Counted from the first letter of the stretch, positions 11,304 through 24,892 are shown. The stretch is DNA of 64,000 nt from Macrostomum hystrix (GCA_950097015.1 CATNEN010000001.1:558001-622000); one strand, 5' to 3'. Translations and numbers: made by a program. Notes: generated from the letters alone by a model not told the origin.

Positions 11304-14300
11304 ATGAAGACCAACGCTCGACCGCTGCTGCGGGTAAAGATTGACGAACTGTTTTTGAGATGGTTCACAGAGGAGGCCACAATGGCTGTGCTGAGAGAGA
11401 ATCTGCAACAGCTATTAGAAGGCGAGTCGTTAGCAGCTATGCTGGCTGTTACAGAGTCAACCCCAACTCTAGGTCCGCATCAACACGCTGCCGGCGGACT
11501 GCTAGCTTCGCCGAGGCCACAGACTCCGCCTCATCATATTCATCATCCCGGCTCGTCTGGCGGCATACGATCCTATAGTCCCAGGTCGCCTAGGCGACAG
11601 GCGCAGATTAAAAATGGAGCTAATGGCGGCGGTGGCTTGTCTCCTAGGAGATCTATCACTACGGTGAGATTTTATTGCTTTTTAAGGGCCTATTAACAGT
11701 AAGATTACCAAGTCATTTTGGCGCTCGTTTTTATGCCAAGCGTAGTCCTGAATTTTTCTGGCAGCGCCCGAATGCTTACAGCGTTGGGTGGTGACTGATT
11801 GGTTGACAGACTAGGCGACGGTGTCCTGTTGTTGAGCTGCGCCTAATATTTAGGCTGAATCAGAGGAATTGGAGAAATTCCCGTCAGGGTGTCCATAATG
11901 GCCTATTTCCTCCTGTTGTAGCCCTTGAAGGTCCAGCCATCCGTCTAGATAAAGTTAGGTGACCACCGAAGATGGAGATGATGCAGGCACATTCGGGTGA
12001 CATGCTGATACATTTTGAAGGCCTGGCAAGGCCGCACTGAGGCGCAGTGCAAATTCGTGTATATAGGGGTGTATGAAATACACTAGCTCTTAAAGAAAAA
12101 TTCTGACTTTCGGCCAGAAACATTGAATATCTCGACGGTCTGAAGAGCTGGCGACTTAATTATGGTTTTAGAAGATGCGCAACAAAAAGTTGGCCCGTGT
12201 TCTTGAGTTTCGTGTGCTTGCGTTGCTCCATTCAAGTGCAGCAAAAAATGTCACAGGGGCCTCCCCCCTTTGTAGTTCTGCTGTTAATAACAAGTTTGTA
12301 GCCAATCAGCTCGCGGAGTGAGTGGGTAGGCAGGCGATTTGGGTTTTAGAAGTATGGCTTTTGACTAATCAAACAAGGGTGGTTATGGTAATTAGAGTAG
12401 AAAAACGTTTTTGCCAATCACGCTTTAATTGAGAATACTGAGGGTAGTTTGCTTTATTATTTTATCTTTGGTATGCTACTTAGAGTAGGTATCTAGAACG
12501 AATTTTAAGAATTGTAAGACTTTTTGATTCGATCTACGAGTATGAGTCAGTGACCTCAACGGGAGTTTCGTAAACCCTTGTAAACTGCTGGAGTGGTGTA
12601 TCAATTGCAAAGTGAAATTACTGCCAAGCGATTTGTCATCCGATGCGATATGTTTACTTGCTACAATTTACTGGTACAATTTATGTTATTTTAGGCTTGT
12701 TCAGCTTAGTTTAAAAGTCGATTGCTTATTAAAGTTGTTTGCATTTAAACACAGCTAATGTAAAGCATCAGTTTTATTTTCAACTTTATTGCTACAAAGA
12801 GTGAATATTTAAATTTAATAATCCAACTACATCATCCATGTTCTGACTTGTAAATAAGATGGTCGCGTAATTTAAAACCATTTTACTTTCGCTGTACTAC
12901 TTAGCTACTGAGTAATGAAGGGAAGACAAGGGAGCTCAGACACTTCACCACCAAATTCCAACTTGATCTATTATCGGATTATTCCTCGTGAGTCCTGGCT
13001 GGGTGTGAGTGTGCCTTCGGGTTTTCCCCTTGATTTTTTTCAACGTCTCTCCCACACGTTCTCTGCCAGTGCCAGGTTTGTAAGCGGCGGGCAACGCACC
13101 CCTTATCGCAGTCCACTCACACACGGCTCTCGGCATTTGTCCTATCTGATAAATGGGACGGGGGGAGAGGATTTTGGTCAGGACTGGCGAGGGGTTTGGT
13201 TTAGGAAGTGGCTGACTAGGCGAAAGCTTTACGCGAAACGGAGAGGGCGGGTCCATGAAACAGAGCGGAAGCTCACTGAAATTGGTTTAGGGTGTCAGTT
13301 TTTGTGCGCCCGCCCTCTCCTGGGGTGTATTAATCTGGGGTTTCCAATGTACATTCATTTGTCAACTGTACATTACGGCCCGTCTCGTATGCCCTGTTTT
13401 CCTTACCCCAATACCGTCCTTCCCCGCCTGCCGTCCCCCCTCACTAATTCCTGCCACAGCTCTTTCTCTGTCTCAGAGGCGCGCGCGATAAGACAAGCCT
13501 CTCCTGTTTCAAACCCTCCATTTGGGTTGATTTATAATGCCCACGCACACACACAGTATGGGGACGAACGTGTGCTTGAAGGAAGAGAGAAGCAATGAAA
13601 AATACGATGACAGAGAAGAGACGACCGGAGCCTCTCTCTCTCTACCCTCTTTCCTATTCTCCAATTGCACGTACCCTCATCAACCGCCTCCGCCCCGCAT
13701 ATGAACATTATACTGTTTTGGCTTTAACAAGTAATGTAGCGGTCACACGGCAAAAAACGCACAGGGCATGCATACATATTGATACCAGGAACCGTGCAAA
13801 TTACTTTATTTTATAGGCCTCCATATTTTTGAGCTTGATTAAAATCTAAAATTATTTTAAAAGTAGAGAATCTTTGAGAGCAAAGAAGTATAAGGCTTTT
13901 TTACAAACGCCTTCAACATTGGTGTTGAAGAAGTTCTGTTATTATCCTAGTTGTGTTGTACATAACAATAACAATAAACAAATTGGAAGCCACACTTGCA
14001 ATGCACACCACGGCTGCATTGTTATTCTTCTCGTGCTCCTTCGCTCTACTGTGCCTATTGGACACATCGTCTGGTTCAATATTCGTCCTGCCGGTCCTAT
14101 TCCCGTTATTAGTGTTTCAACTAACAATTGTTTGTCACATTTATTGCACTCTGGCTTGCAAAGCTCGATCTGGCGCTTCGGTTGGTAACAATTTGTCAGC
14201 AATTGGCGCGTGTTGCGCAACTTTAAGCCAGAACGAGGAGCAATTGTTGCAGCAGCAGCAGCAACTGTTAACTACTATCGACGAAGAGGCTGAGGCTGAT

Positions 14301-17300
14301 TGATTTGTGCTTACCTCTGTGGTGGAATTTTTTGGTAAATCTTTGCGTTCTATTATAATCTTGTGTATTTAAATACATTTTTACTTGCCCTAAAGACTGA
14401 GCCAATAATGTAAGACTTCACTCTGAGAGGTACATTTTTAAAACCATCTTTAATTTTAGATTTTTTACACCTATAATTTTAGCTTTAAGTTGATATGTGT
14501 CGTCATTTAGATTTTTTAAAGATGCAAAATTTTTTTTCCTGAAACGATGTTCAACTTCAAATAGTTTTTTCCCTTCATTTTCGGACGCTACTCAAGTATT
14601 GTTGACTTTTTTACGAGTAGTTTTAATATTTCCCGGTTGGCTCAGCTTAGGCTTTTATTATGATATTTACTCTTACCTTAAACAGTCTAATATTGTATTC
14701 AGCTGTCACTATTTACAATCCGTGTTGTTAGCAGTTAAGTCTAGCAGAGTATGCTTAATTTTTTCAGTGTCTAAGCACTGTGTCATACCTGAGCTCATAT
14801 TAAAGCTTTATTCTGAGGCTGTTTCTATTTCGCTTTCCTTAAAAAATGAAAAAACTACTTCACCTGTGCAATTTACAGCTGGACAATCCACTTGTCAATT
14901 CGTTAGATTATCTTAACTGTATCTAACTCAACTGTTCTATTTGTATTTGCTAGGATTTATGTAAATAAACCTTGATAGAACCAGTCAAGTGTATTTATAA
15001 TCACGTGTTATTTATGAGAGCAACAGAACACGGTATATGCTAGACCCGAGCATTGATACAAGTGCACTTTTATGTCGCTACGCAACGGTTTGCAATTCTC
15101 TTATAGATCAAATAGTACTTATTGATATAGCTTACATTTTGAAGTCCTTCTTATTCCTGTTTATTGAACCACTTTCGCCTTGTATTTCTTGCTATGCAAT
15201 GCTTTCCTGTTTTTGTATTCAACTGTATTGTAAAATATTAAATAAACTAGTGTACACTGCTTTAAGAAAACAAAGTGTACACCTCTGACTCTGGCCCATT
15301 TTTACTTCAGTGTGCTTAAGACTCTTTCTCTTCAGAATGCGGTACGCACTAACTTTAGTTTTTTAATTAAGATCGCAGAAATTCGGTTTTATCAACAGCG
15401 AATGATCAAAAAAATTAAATCGTAGTTAAAGCAGACACGATTGCATCGCAACAGGATGTATCCACTTTGTTTGAGGAATCGCAATATAGGCAATTGCGAC
15501 CTTTAGTTTGTAGAAATTTGCTTTCTTCCTTCTCGTTTGAAATCACAAGTTTTTTTCATAAAATAAGTAAAAGAAACAGCACAGCCAGCAACTGTCGAAC
15601 AGCATCTCCACCTAGTGTTTTGTGCTCCTAGTTAACAAAATTTTGTACTTAAAAGTGTGCAATTCCGCATCTTTCCAAGTTGACTTGAAACTGCCAAAAT
15701 TCAGTTCTGTACAATTTAATGTACAATTATACACAATTTATCGTATACGTATAGTTAGAGCATTGTGGCCCTGAAGTTAAAAGCAATTGGGTATAATGCT
15801 ACTAAGGTGTGTACAAAGTAGCGTACACTTAGTAAGCTGTTCAGTTTCTTGTACCAGAAAAATCCCTTTCCATCCGTGGCGCTCTTAAACTTTTCTGTGT
15901 CCCATTCATCCTCATGCCAACCCACCAGTCTATATTACGCTAGTGAAAATGTGATTTTGCAAAGGATTCAAAGAGAGCTGCGCTGCCACGGGCCCTCGGC
16001 GCTCTTCATTCTTAGCTCCGGCAGTACAAATCGGTCTGCATGGTGATCCTTGCTCCTGTTGGGTTTCTGCGGAGTTAGGGGATGGGACTCGCTCTTAAAA
16101 TTTTCTTTCCTTCTTTCACTTCTATCCCTAAACACCCCCCGCCCGACCGACGTCGAATGGCATAAACCGAACGCTGACGTACATACTTTATGGTCCTTCA
16201 TTTATATCCTGTCTCTCTTCCAAACCTTCTCGTCTTACAGCAAGCCGCGCCCCCCCTCAGGAGGAATACAGTTTCGTGACGCAAGGCGCACGAAAGCTTC
16301 TTCGATAGAGGGAGCAACGCTGCGTTTGGATGATGTGTGGAAGACTAGGGTTTTTGGAAGCTGGTTAGAGGGGATAACGGAGGGTTGGGTTGTATATGTG
16401 CGGCTATGCAGAAAAGGGTATTGCATCGATACGATGGAAAATGAAGGAAAGCAAAGGTCAGTACGGAGAGGTAGAGCGTCACAAATAGATAAAGGCTGCA
16501 GTGTATGCCCGTGCGTGCTGTTTTGGCCCATATCCTCAACCCCAGCTAGCAACCCCACGCCAAATTTTCTCGGCTCTGCTGGCAGAATTCGTTGCACCGC
16601 TCTTCTGTGCCGTAACAGTGAGATGTCGCTCTCTTGAGAAGAAATTTTCTTGCCGTTAGCATCGGCATACACCAGTCTTTTGCTATTTAATTAGTCTTCA
16701 GTAGTAGATTTGCTCAGCGAAATAAAGAAACTCTTTGAGTCATGTCTTTGTCCGTTAGTCCTGTTGGCTGCAGCCTAGTTACTAGTCGAGTAAGTGTCTA
16801 TCACAGCTGCCGGCTAGAGGTTGCTAGAGCTCGCACCGTTCACATCACAAACGGCTGCTGGAACTGCGGCGGCGTACATCTTTCTCGATGTCGCCGCTTA
16901 GTTGCCTCCACTGTCGGAACTATCGCTCCAGGCTCCGTGCCCGCCAACGCCCGACCGCCGCAGCAGCCGCCGCATGTGCATCACCACCAGCATATGCAGC
17001 ACCTGCATCAACAGCAGAGAAATCAGCAGCACGAGGTGACACGCTATCACATGCTCCTGCCACCGATGTCGACTTCGTCGGCTCCGTCTTCGACTGCTTC
17101 GACACCATCGGCTGGAGACGATGATGCTGCATCGACTACGTCATCAACGCGTCGATTGGAATTGGTTAGTGGCCGACCGCCCAGTCCTTCTTCGTCAGTC
17201 TCGTCTGCTAGCGGCATGGGCAGCGGCGTCGGCGTAATTGGTGTCGGGCCAGCGGGCAGTGGTACCCGGTTTCGCATTCGTCTGCATCCTCGTATGGGTC

Positions 17301-20300
17301 GAACCAGCGGCCAGTTTGTACTTACTGGCGGTGATAAGCCTGTAACAGTGCAGTACTCGGTTGGTGGTCCCCCATCGTCTACACCGCAGTCTCCATCGCC
17401 GACGCCTCTTAGTGTTCAAAGCAGCTCTGGTAGCAGTGTCATCAGCGGCGGTGGAGGCGGTAGTAGCGTTAGTGGACCACAGAGCCCGAACTATGCGTCT
17501 CATTATCAAGCCCGGCTTGAGTCGCCTAAGACGGCCCCGGCGACTGCTGCACCAGCTGCGCCTACATCGCCTTCAACGGCTCCGCTGTCGCCGGTGCGCA
17601 GTGCCGCTGATGCCCTCTCTAGCGGCAGTGCTGGGCCGCGACTAGTAAAGGACAAACCATTGGCGCTGCACGATGCAGGCACGCCACCTGAAGTTGTTCG
17701 AATACCGCTCGGTGTATCTACAGATTCGGCTCCAGATGTACCAACAATGTCTGATGACACTGCGGCGTCGGGTTTCGATAAACCGCTATCGGGACTTCTA
17801 GAAGCTCCGTCTGTTGTACCGTCGGCGTCCGATTCTGCTGACGGAGTTCGCCTGACCTCGGACCGACCAGACGTATTGAAAAATCTGCCCGACACTGTCG
17901 ATTTAAGCGATGATGATGCGGTAGCCAACGCTGCTGCTGTCATCACTGTTGCTGATAACAAAGCTGACTCTGATGTTGAAATCGACTTGCCAGCAAATCT
18001 GAAACCAACAGACGATGCTAAGGAATCTTCAAAATCAGCTGATCAAGTTGAAATGCCAGTCAAATCGATCGGGGCCGCTGATGTTAGCGATGCATTGGCG
18101 GAAGTCTCAAATATTGAAACTCCTATGGATGATGGCGATGTTATCGTCACTGAAGCTGTTAGTTTTGTGATTTGTATAGTTATTTTGTTTAGCTTTGCAC
18201 AAATCGGTCACTCAGTTACATACTCATTACATGTCGCCTTGCTACATTATCTAACGCTATTAATTTCAATACGGGCTCAGGGAGGTCGTATTTTCTACCA
18301 TGCCGAAAGTAAGATATCTAATGTGGCTAATTGACTCGATAATTGCGATAGAAACGTAGTTGAAACGTTTTTCTGTAGTCTTAAAAAACATAAACCGCAA
18401 ACTTTAATCGCGTCCTTTAACTTGAAAAACAGTATTTTTCTCACACCAAACAGCCCGGAGATGCCTCTACCAACTCGGCAAAGGAGACCTCAAATTCGTT
18501 GACCTCCGCAACGTCGCCAATAGCGCCTAGTCCGTCTTCGCCGACGGCAACGCAATCGGATGACACCGCGTCCACCGTCACGGCAGCAGGGCCAGTGGTG
18601 ACCGCCCTATTAAAAGAGGCCGATTCAATACGCGGTCAGGACATACCAAAGTTCTACTTTGCAGACTCTAATCGATTATCAGCGTCAGCAACTGCGGCAG
18701 ATGAGGCTAGATTAGCTCAAGCTCTCGAGCAGCTACCAGGCCAGTCTGTGACCCTACCCCAGATGGCTGACATTGCCAAAGCTATGGGCTATCCAAAGTT
18801 TTGGAAGCAGCCATTATTCTCAGCTGCCGGAGGTACAGAGCAGCGACAGGCTACTAAGGAGCGTCTAACAGCGTTGCGTCGCGACCTGGCTAGAAATTTT
18901 CGCGACGACGCGTCTCGTTTCGTTCACCTGTTGACTAGGGGCGCCCGACAGCAGCTGGTTGTTGAAGACTTCCTGCCCATAGTGCAGGACATTGTCGATT
19001 CGCATCCCGGGCTAAGCTTCCTACAGGAGGCGCCAGAATTTCATGGTCGCTATGTGAACACCGTCATTGCTAGGATATTCTACGAAATCAACGCTTCGTG
19101 GACTGGCCGAATCACTTGTCAGGAATTGCGCCGATCTAAACTATTAGTCACCATCGCTTCGCTTGAGAGTAAAGACGACATCAACGAGGTGACCGATTTC
19201 TTCAGCTACGAGCATTTCTATGTCATCTATTGCAAGTTTTGGGACATTGACACTGATCACGACCTGTTCATCAGCAAAGAGGATCTTAGGAGGCACAATA
19301 ATTATGGTGTGTTTTGCCATTTCTTAGATGCATTTTTTTTGCTGTTTTCTAAAAATGCAATTTTTTGAATTCACTGTTTATAGTACTTTTGGTTACTTAT
19401 ATAAATCACTACCCCTTCATCTGTCTTAGAGATCAGTCATTACCCCTTCATCTGTCTTAGAGATCAGTCATTACCCCTTCATCTGTCTTAGAGATCAGTC
19501 ATTACCCCTTCATCTGTCTTAGAGATCAGTCATTACCCCTTCCTCTGTCTTAGAGATCAGTCATTACCCCTTCATCTGTCTTAGAGATCAGTCATTACCC
19601 CTTCCTCTGTCTTAGAGATCAGTCATTACCCCTTCATCTGTCTTAGAGATCAGTCATTACCCCTTCATCTGTCTTAGAGATCAGTCATTACCCCTTCATC
19701 TGTCTTAGAAATCAGTCATTACCCCTTCCTCTGTCTTAGAGATCAGTCATTACCCCTTCATCTGTCTTAGAGATCAGTCATTACCCCTTCATCTGTCTTA
19801 GAAATCAGTCATTACCCCTTCATCTGTCTTAGAGATCAGTCATTACCCCTTCCTCTGTCTTAGAGATCAGTCATTACCCCTTCCTCTGTCTTAGAGATCA
19901 GTCATTACCCCTTCCTCTGTCTTAGAGATCAGTCATTATCCCTTCATCTGTCTTAGAGATCAGTCATTACCCCTTCCTCTGTCTTAGAGATCAGTCATTA
20001 CCCCTTCCTCTGTCTTAGAGATCAATCATTACCCCTTCCTCTGTCTTAGAGATCAGTCATTACCCCTTCCTCTGTCATAGAGATCAGTCATTACCCCTTC
20101 CTCTGTCTTAGAGATCAGTCATTACCCCTTCATCTGTCTTAGAGATCAGTCATTATCCCTTCATCTGTCTTAGAGATCAGTCATTATCCCCTTATCTGTC
20201 TTAGAGATCAGTCATTACCCCTTCCTCTGTCTTAGAAATCAGTCATTACCCCTTCCTCTGTCTTAGAGATCAGTCATTACCCCTTCCTCTGTCTTAGAGA

Positions 20301-23300
20301 TCAGTCATTACCCCTTCCTCTGTCTTAGAGATCAGTCATTACCCCTTCATCTGTCTTAGAGATCAGTCATTACCCCTTCATCTGTCTTAGAAATCAGTCA
20401 TTACCCCTTCCTCTGTCTTAGAGATCAGTCATTACCCCTTCATCTGTCTTAGAGATCAGTCATTACCCCTTCATCTGTCTTAGAGATCAGTCATTACCCC
20501 TTCCTCTGTCTTAGAGATCAGTCATTACCCCTTCCTCTGTCTTAGAGATCAGTCATTATCCCTTCATCTGTCTTAGAGATCAGTCATTACCCCTTCCTCT
20601 GTCTTAGAGATCAGTCATTATCCCATTGTCTATCAAACAGAGATACTATATATATGAGTCATTAGTTACCCAAATGCTGCAACGCGTGTTTCAAGGTCGC
20701 TATCTGCTCCAAATGCCGCCAACATCAGCTTTGGCTTTGACATTCTCTCTTGGCATTCCAGGTATGACCTAGGCTAGGCTAGGCTTAGGCTTAGGCTTAG
20801 GCTAGTACCTATAAAGAAAGCATGCTTTGAGAAGTATGTTACGATTGTTAAGTTTATAACTTTTCTTTAAAGAAACTCAGGAGGTTTATTGAAGCTTTAT
20901 TGAAGAACTTTAGAGCATGGAGCCTGTTATTGATTTGCAGTGCTAATCTGGATTTACAAGTCATTAAGGTGCATGCATTTTTTCATTATGATGTTTTGGT
21001 TTTCTGAACTTTTTGGCGGAATTTTGCACCATGTGTTTCATGATGTGTTACTATATTAGGATTCACTTGGAATCGTTAAAGGACTGGCTGCTGGTATCGT
21101 TCCAGGAATCGTTCCAGGAGTCGCAGCATGTATTTAAAAAATAATCGCAGAAGGTATCGTACCAGGAATCGTAGCAAGAATCACAGATTCTATTTTGAAA
21201 AGAAGACGTCGTTTAAAGCGCTTTAGGAATCGCAGAAGGTATCGTACCAGGAATCGTAGCAAGAATCACAGATTCTATTTTGAAAAGAAGACGTCGTTTA
21301 AAGCGCTTTAGGAATCGCAGAAGGTATCGTACCAGGAATCGTAGCAAGAATCACAGATTCTATTTTGAAAAGAAGACGTCGTTTAAAGCGCTTTAGGAAT
21401 CGCAGAAGGTATCGTACCAGGAATCGTAGTAAGAATCACAGATTCTATTTTGAAAAGAAGACGTCGTTTAAAGCGCTTTAGGAATCGCAGAAGGTATCGT
21501 ACCAGGAATCGTAGCAAGAATCACAGATTCTATTTTGAAAAGAAGACGTCGTTTAAAGCGCTTTAGGAATCGCAGAAGGTATCGTACCAGGAATCGTAGT
21601 AAGAATCACAGATTCTATTTTGAAAAGAAGACGTCGTTTAAAGCGCTTTAGGAATCGCAGAAGGTATCGTACCAGGAATCGTAGCAAGAATCACAGATTC
21701 TATTTTGAAAATAAGACGTCGTTTACAGCGCTTTAGGAATCGCAGAAGGTATCGTACCAGGAATCGTAGCAAGAATCACAGGTTCTATTTTGAAAAGAAG
21801 ACGTCGTTTTAAGCGCTTTAGGAATCGCAGAAGGTATCGTACCAGGAACCGCAGCAGCTGGTATCGATGCAGGAATCGAGGATGCGATGTAACTTTATTA
21901 ATATTGATATTTACAATCTAATTTCATCATAATATCTAGCATTTATTAATTGTTTTGATGAATATTTGTCTCTCGTTACAAAATGTACACCTTTTTAATG
22001 CACAACAGCACTATCCGATCGAATTATCGATCGAATTTTCTCCGGAGCCGTGTCGCGCAGCAAGTCCCTATTAGCCGAAGGAAAAATGTCCTATCCGGAG
22101 TTTGTCTGGTTCCTGCTAGCCGAAGAGGACAAAAAGCATCCCAGAAGGTGAGGAAAAACTATTTAGTGTGTGTTTTTAGTTCCAATTTCCCATCCTCTGA
22201 TCCCATAATTAACTTTCATTTCCCATCCTCTGATCCCATCGTTAACTTTCATTTCCCATCCTCTGATCCCATAATTGACTTTCATTTCCCATCCTCTGAT
22301 CCCATAATTGACTTTAATTTCCCATCCTCTGATCCCATAATTAACTTTCTTTTCCTATAATCTGATCCCATAATTGACTGTCATTTCCCATCCTGTGATC
22401 CCATACTTAACTTTTACTTCCCTTCTGATCCCATAATGAAACTGAATCTGAATTAAAAACCACTGAGATCCCAACTCCCATCGCGCTATTCTCAGCATCG
22501 AGTACTGGTTCCGCTGCATGGATCTGGACGGTGACGGTGTGATATCCCTGTACGAGATGGAGCACTTCTACACCGAGCAGATGCGTCGGATGGAGGAGGC
22601 TCGCATTGAAGATTACCAGGGCCTGCAGGACTGCATCTGCACCATGCTGGACATGGTTAAACCCGACCGGCCAAATCGTATCACGCTAAGCGATTTGAAG
22701 CGATGCAAATTAGCCGGCGTGTTCTTCGACACGATGTTCAATCTGCACAAATTCCTTGACTACGAGCAGCGCGATCCGTTTGCTAATCAGCGAGACATTC
22801 AAGAATGCGCCGGCATGTCTGACTGGGAGAAATACGCCGCCGAGATGTATGAAATCCTTGTTGCTGAGGAGAGCAACGGCGCAATGCACGATGAGTGAGT
22901 AAATTAGGGATTGCTATAACCCGAGCATTAGTCTGAAGCGGCTAATATTCTACTTCTATGGGCAAATCAATAAGTGCTACTTCCAATAGTTACCAGTAGA
23001 ACTACCAAGGTGGGGGGAATTCCCCCCCTGACAAGTATTTGTGCTGCACCCGAACGGAGCACACGAAACTCAAGAACACGGGCCAAATTTTTGTTGCGCA
23101 TCTTCTAAAATAAGAGTCAAGTCGCCAGCTCTTCAGACCGTCGAGATATTCAATGGTTCTGGTCGAAGGTCGGATTTTTCCCATATGCGCTAGTGTATTT
23201 CATTACACCCCAATACACGAATTAGCACTGCGCCTCAGTGCGGCCTTGCCAGGTCTAGAAAATTTATCAGCATGTCACCCGAATGTGCCTGCATCATCTC

Positions 23301-24033
23301 CGTCTTCAGTGGTCACCGACCTATATCTAGACGAAGCTGCTGGACCTTCAACAAACAATAGTTGATTTGAGGCCAATATCGAGGCTTGATCAACAAAAGT
23401 AGAAAATTTCGCTCTAGGAGCTCCATGGCCAGCTGGAGGCACTCTGTTGACGGTGCTGATGGCGTCGGGATGGTGCCTGATTGTTTGACAGATTAGGCGA
23501 GGGTCCTGTCGTTAAACTTCGTCACATATATTTAGACTTGATCAGCGAAAGGGGAGAAATTAGCATCCGGGTGTCCATAGTCGGCTGGTGCCACTTGTTG
23601 AAGGTCCAGCAGCTCTGGTAATGTTGTAGTCTATAGAATAGATTATTGAATGGTTCCAGTCGAGTGATTAGAGCGTCCGAACTTACGACTCAAAGGTTCA
23701 ATTCCCGCAAGACGCTTAACTCTGCTTGGCTTCATTTCTCCCAGCTGTTAAATAGGTACCGGTATCAGCTGGGGTAATTGAGGGTGGGTGTGGCGTCCCC
23801 CCCAGTCCATGGACTGAACAGCCGTACGCAGCCTTCAGATGCGCCGTGCAATAGCTGCTGCTGTGCTGTCGGCTGCACGTATAACAGATTTAAAAAAATC
23901 CAATTTCAAAACCCACAGCGGCGCTTACCCTGACGACTTTGAGAACATGGAAGAGGACTCAACTGAGAACTATCGCGCCAGCGGCGAGGGCATAAAGTTT
24001 CTCGAGAGTTTCAAGGGCTCCAAAGAGATCTAG
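11304..24033 (+). CDS. PPP2R3: PP2A regulatory subunit B'' (PR72/PR70 family); exons 11304-11663, 18454-19306, 22009-22147, 22496-22894, 23919-24033
   Basis: Family motifs [54 protein letters not shown] and [14 protein letters not shown] (EF-hands). All junctions are GT-AG with matching phases (0,1,2,2). Confidence 0.92.
11697..12283 (+). mobile_element. Non-autonomous DNA transposon, TTAA-flanked, ~16-bp TIRs (full-length copy)
   Basis: ttaa|cagtaagattaccaag ... ctttgtagttctgctg|ttaa. The body is highly similar to 22994-23620 (inverted) and 53745-54357. Confidence 0.75.
16742..18157 (+). CDS. PPP2R3: Alternative first coding exon of PPP2R3 (472 aa, Ser/Pro/Asp-rich, disordered)
   Basis: Long GC-rich ORF with an in-frame TGA just upstream of the ATG. 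Its phase-0 donor GCT|GTTAGT splices in frame to the 18454 exon. Confidence 0.7.
19406..20622. repeat. 31-bp minisatellite (gtcattaccccttcatctgtcttagagatca), ~39 copies
   Basis: Near-perfect tandem units inside a PPP2R3 intron. Confidence 0.97.
21141..21850. repeat. 85-bp minisatellite, ~8 copies
   Basis: cgcagaagg recurs at 21146, 21231, 21316, 21401 ... 21826 (period 85). Confidence 0.95.
22183..22435. repeat. 33-bp minisatellite (tttcccatcctctgatcccataattgactttca), ~7 copies
   Basis: Tandem units in a PPP2R3 intron. It produces the spurious FPSSDPII translation in the ORF track. Confidence 0.9.
22994..23620 (-). mobile_element. Inverted, internally rearranged copy of the TTAA-flanked element
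   Basis: cagtagaactaccaag TIR at 22994; the body is the reverse complement of the 11.7-kb copy. Confidence 0.7.
23650..23885 (+). mobile_element. tRNA-derived SINE family A (CORE-like central domain)
   Basis: Head agtgattagagcgtcc...ggttcaattccc (A/B-box-like), then gcaagacgcttaactctgc...cccagctgttaaataggtacc, then the shared tail cagtccatggactgaacagccg. Confidence 0.7.
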
Positions 24034-24892
24034 GCAGTTATTTTTGTTAATTAATTTGCTAAACGTGTGGACAGTTCTAGTTGAGTATAGCAGAATCTTT
24101 ATATACAGGCCCGACTCTATGACTATGTAAGCTGGGCACCATTTCAGTCTATTTGGTTGTTAAGCACTGTATGATAGTGTTGTTAAACTGCTTAATTATA
24201 ATTAGAACCAAATTAATTGACCAAATTCAGCAACAAAATCAATACCCCATTTAACTTTCGGCTCTACCTCTTTAAGGGAAATTTATCAGTTATTGAGGTA
24301 AAGGTAAAGCTGCGTATTTAAATAATATAATTTTGTGTTTTTCTTCTTCGTTACTGTCTTATTGCAATGGACCAAAAAATTCTGAACAAATAGTGTCTGT
24401 TGATCAGTTTTGTAATTTTTGTACTGTTAAATATTTACTGTCTATTTAACTTCCATCGGATATCTGAAATGCATGCCGTTTGCTCATTAGCATGCAACTT
24501 TGGAGATCAGTGTGATGATAATGATAATGAGCTGCGTTTCTTGATGGAAAGATGTCAAAGAGAACCTTGACCAAGCTCTCATGATGCCTAGCACATTTCT
24601 TTGCTACTTGTGCGCTCTACCCGCCTTCGTTAATGTACATGTATATTTTCTATCCCATTTGATTTTTTACTGCTTTACATATCTATTAATTTGTTAAGAA
24701 TTAAGGCCTTGTACTTAAAGTACATACTGTTTGTCTGCATAGAACAAATATATATTATAACATATCATTGGATCACAATTTGCTGTCTTGCAAAGTATAG
24801 TAATGTGTAACAATAAAAACATTTGCGTCACTTTAGTCTCGTTATTATTTGGACAGCTGTATTAGGTGTCTGCAATAAGCTAGCTTTACTTA

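Noticed and set aside
12915-16672. ORFs of 100-227 aa in the first PPP2R3 intron
   Set aside because: No recognisable motifs or consistent exon chain. More likely regulatory or UTR sequence.
20769-20805. Interstitial telomere (TTAGGC)n
   Set aside because: Only about 3 units within a mixed CTAGG microsatellite.
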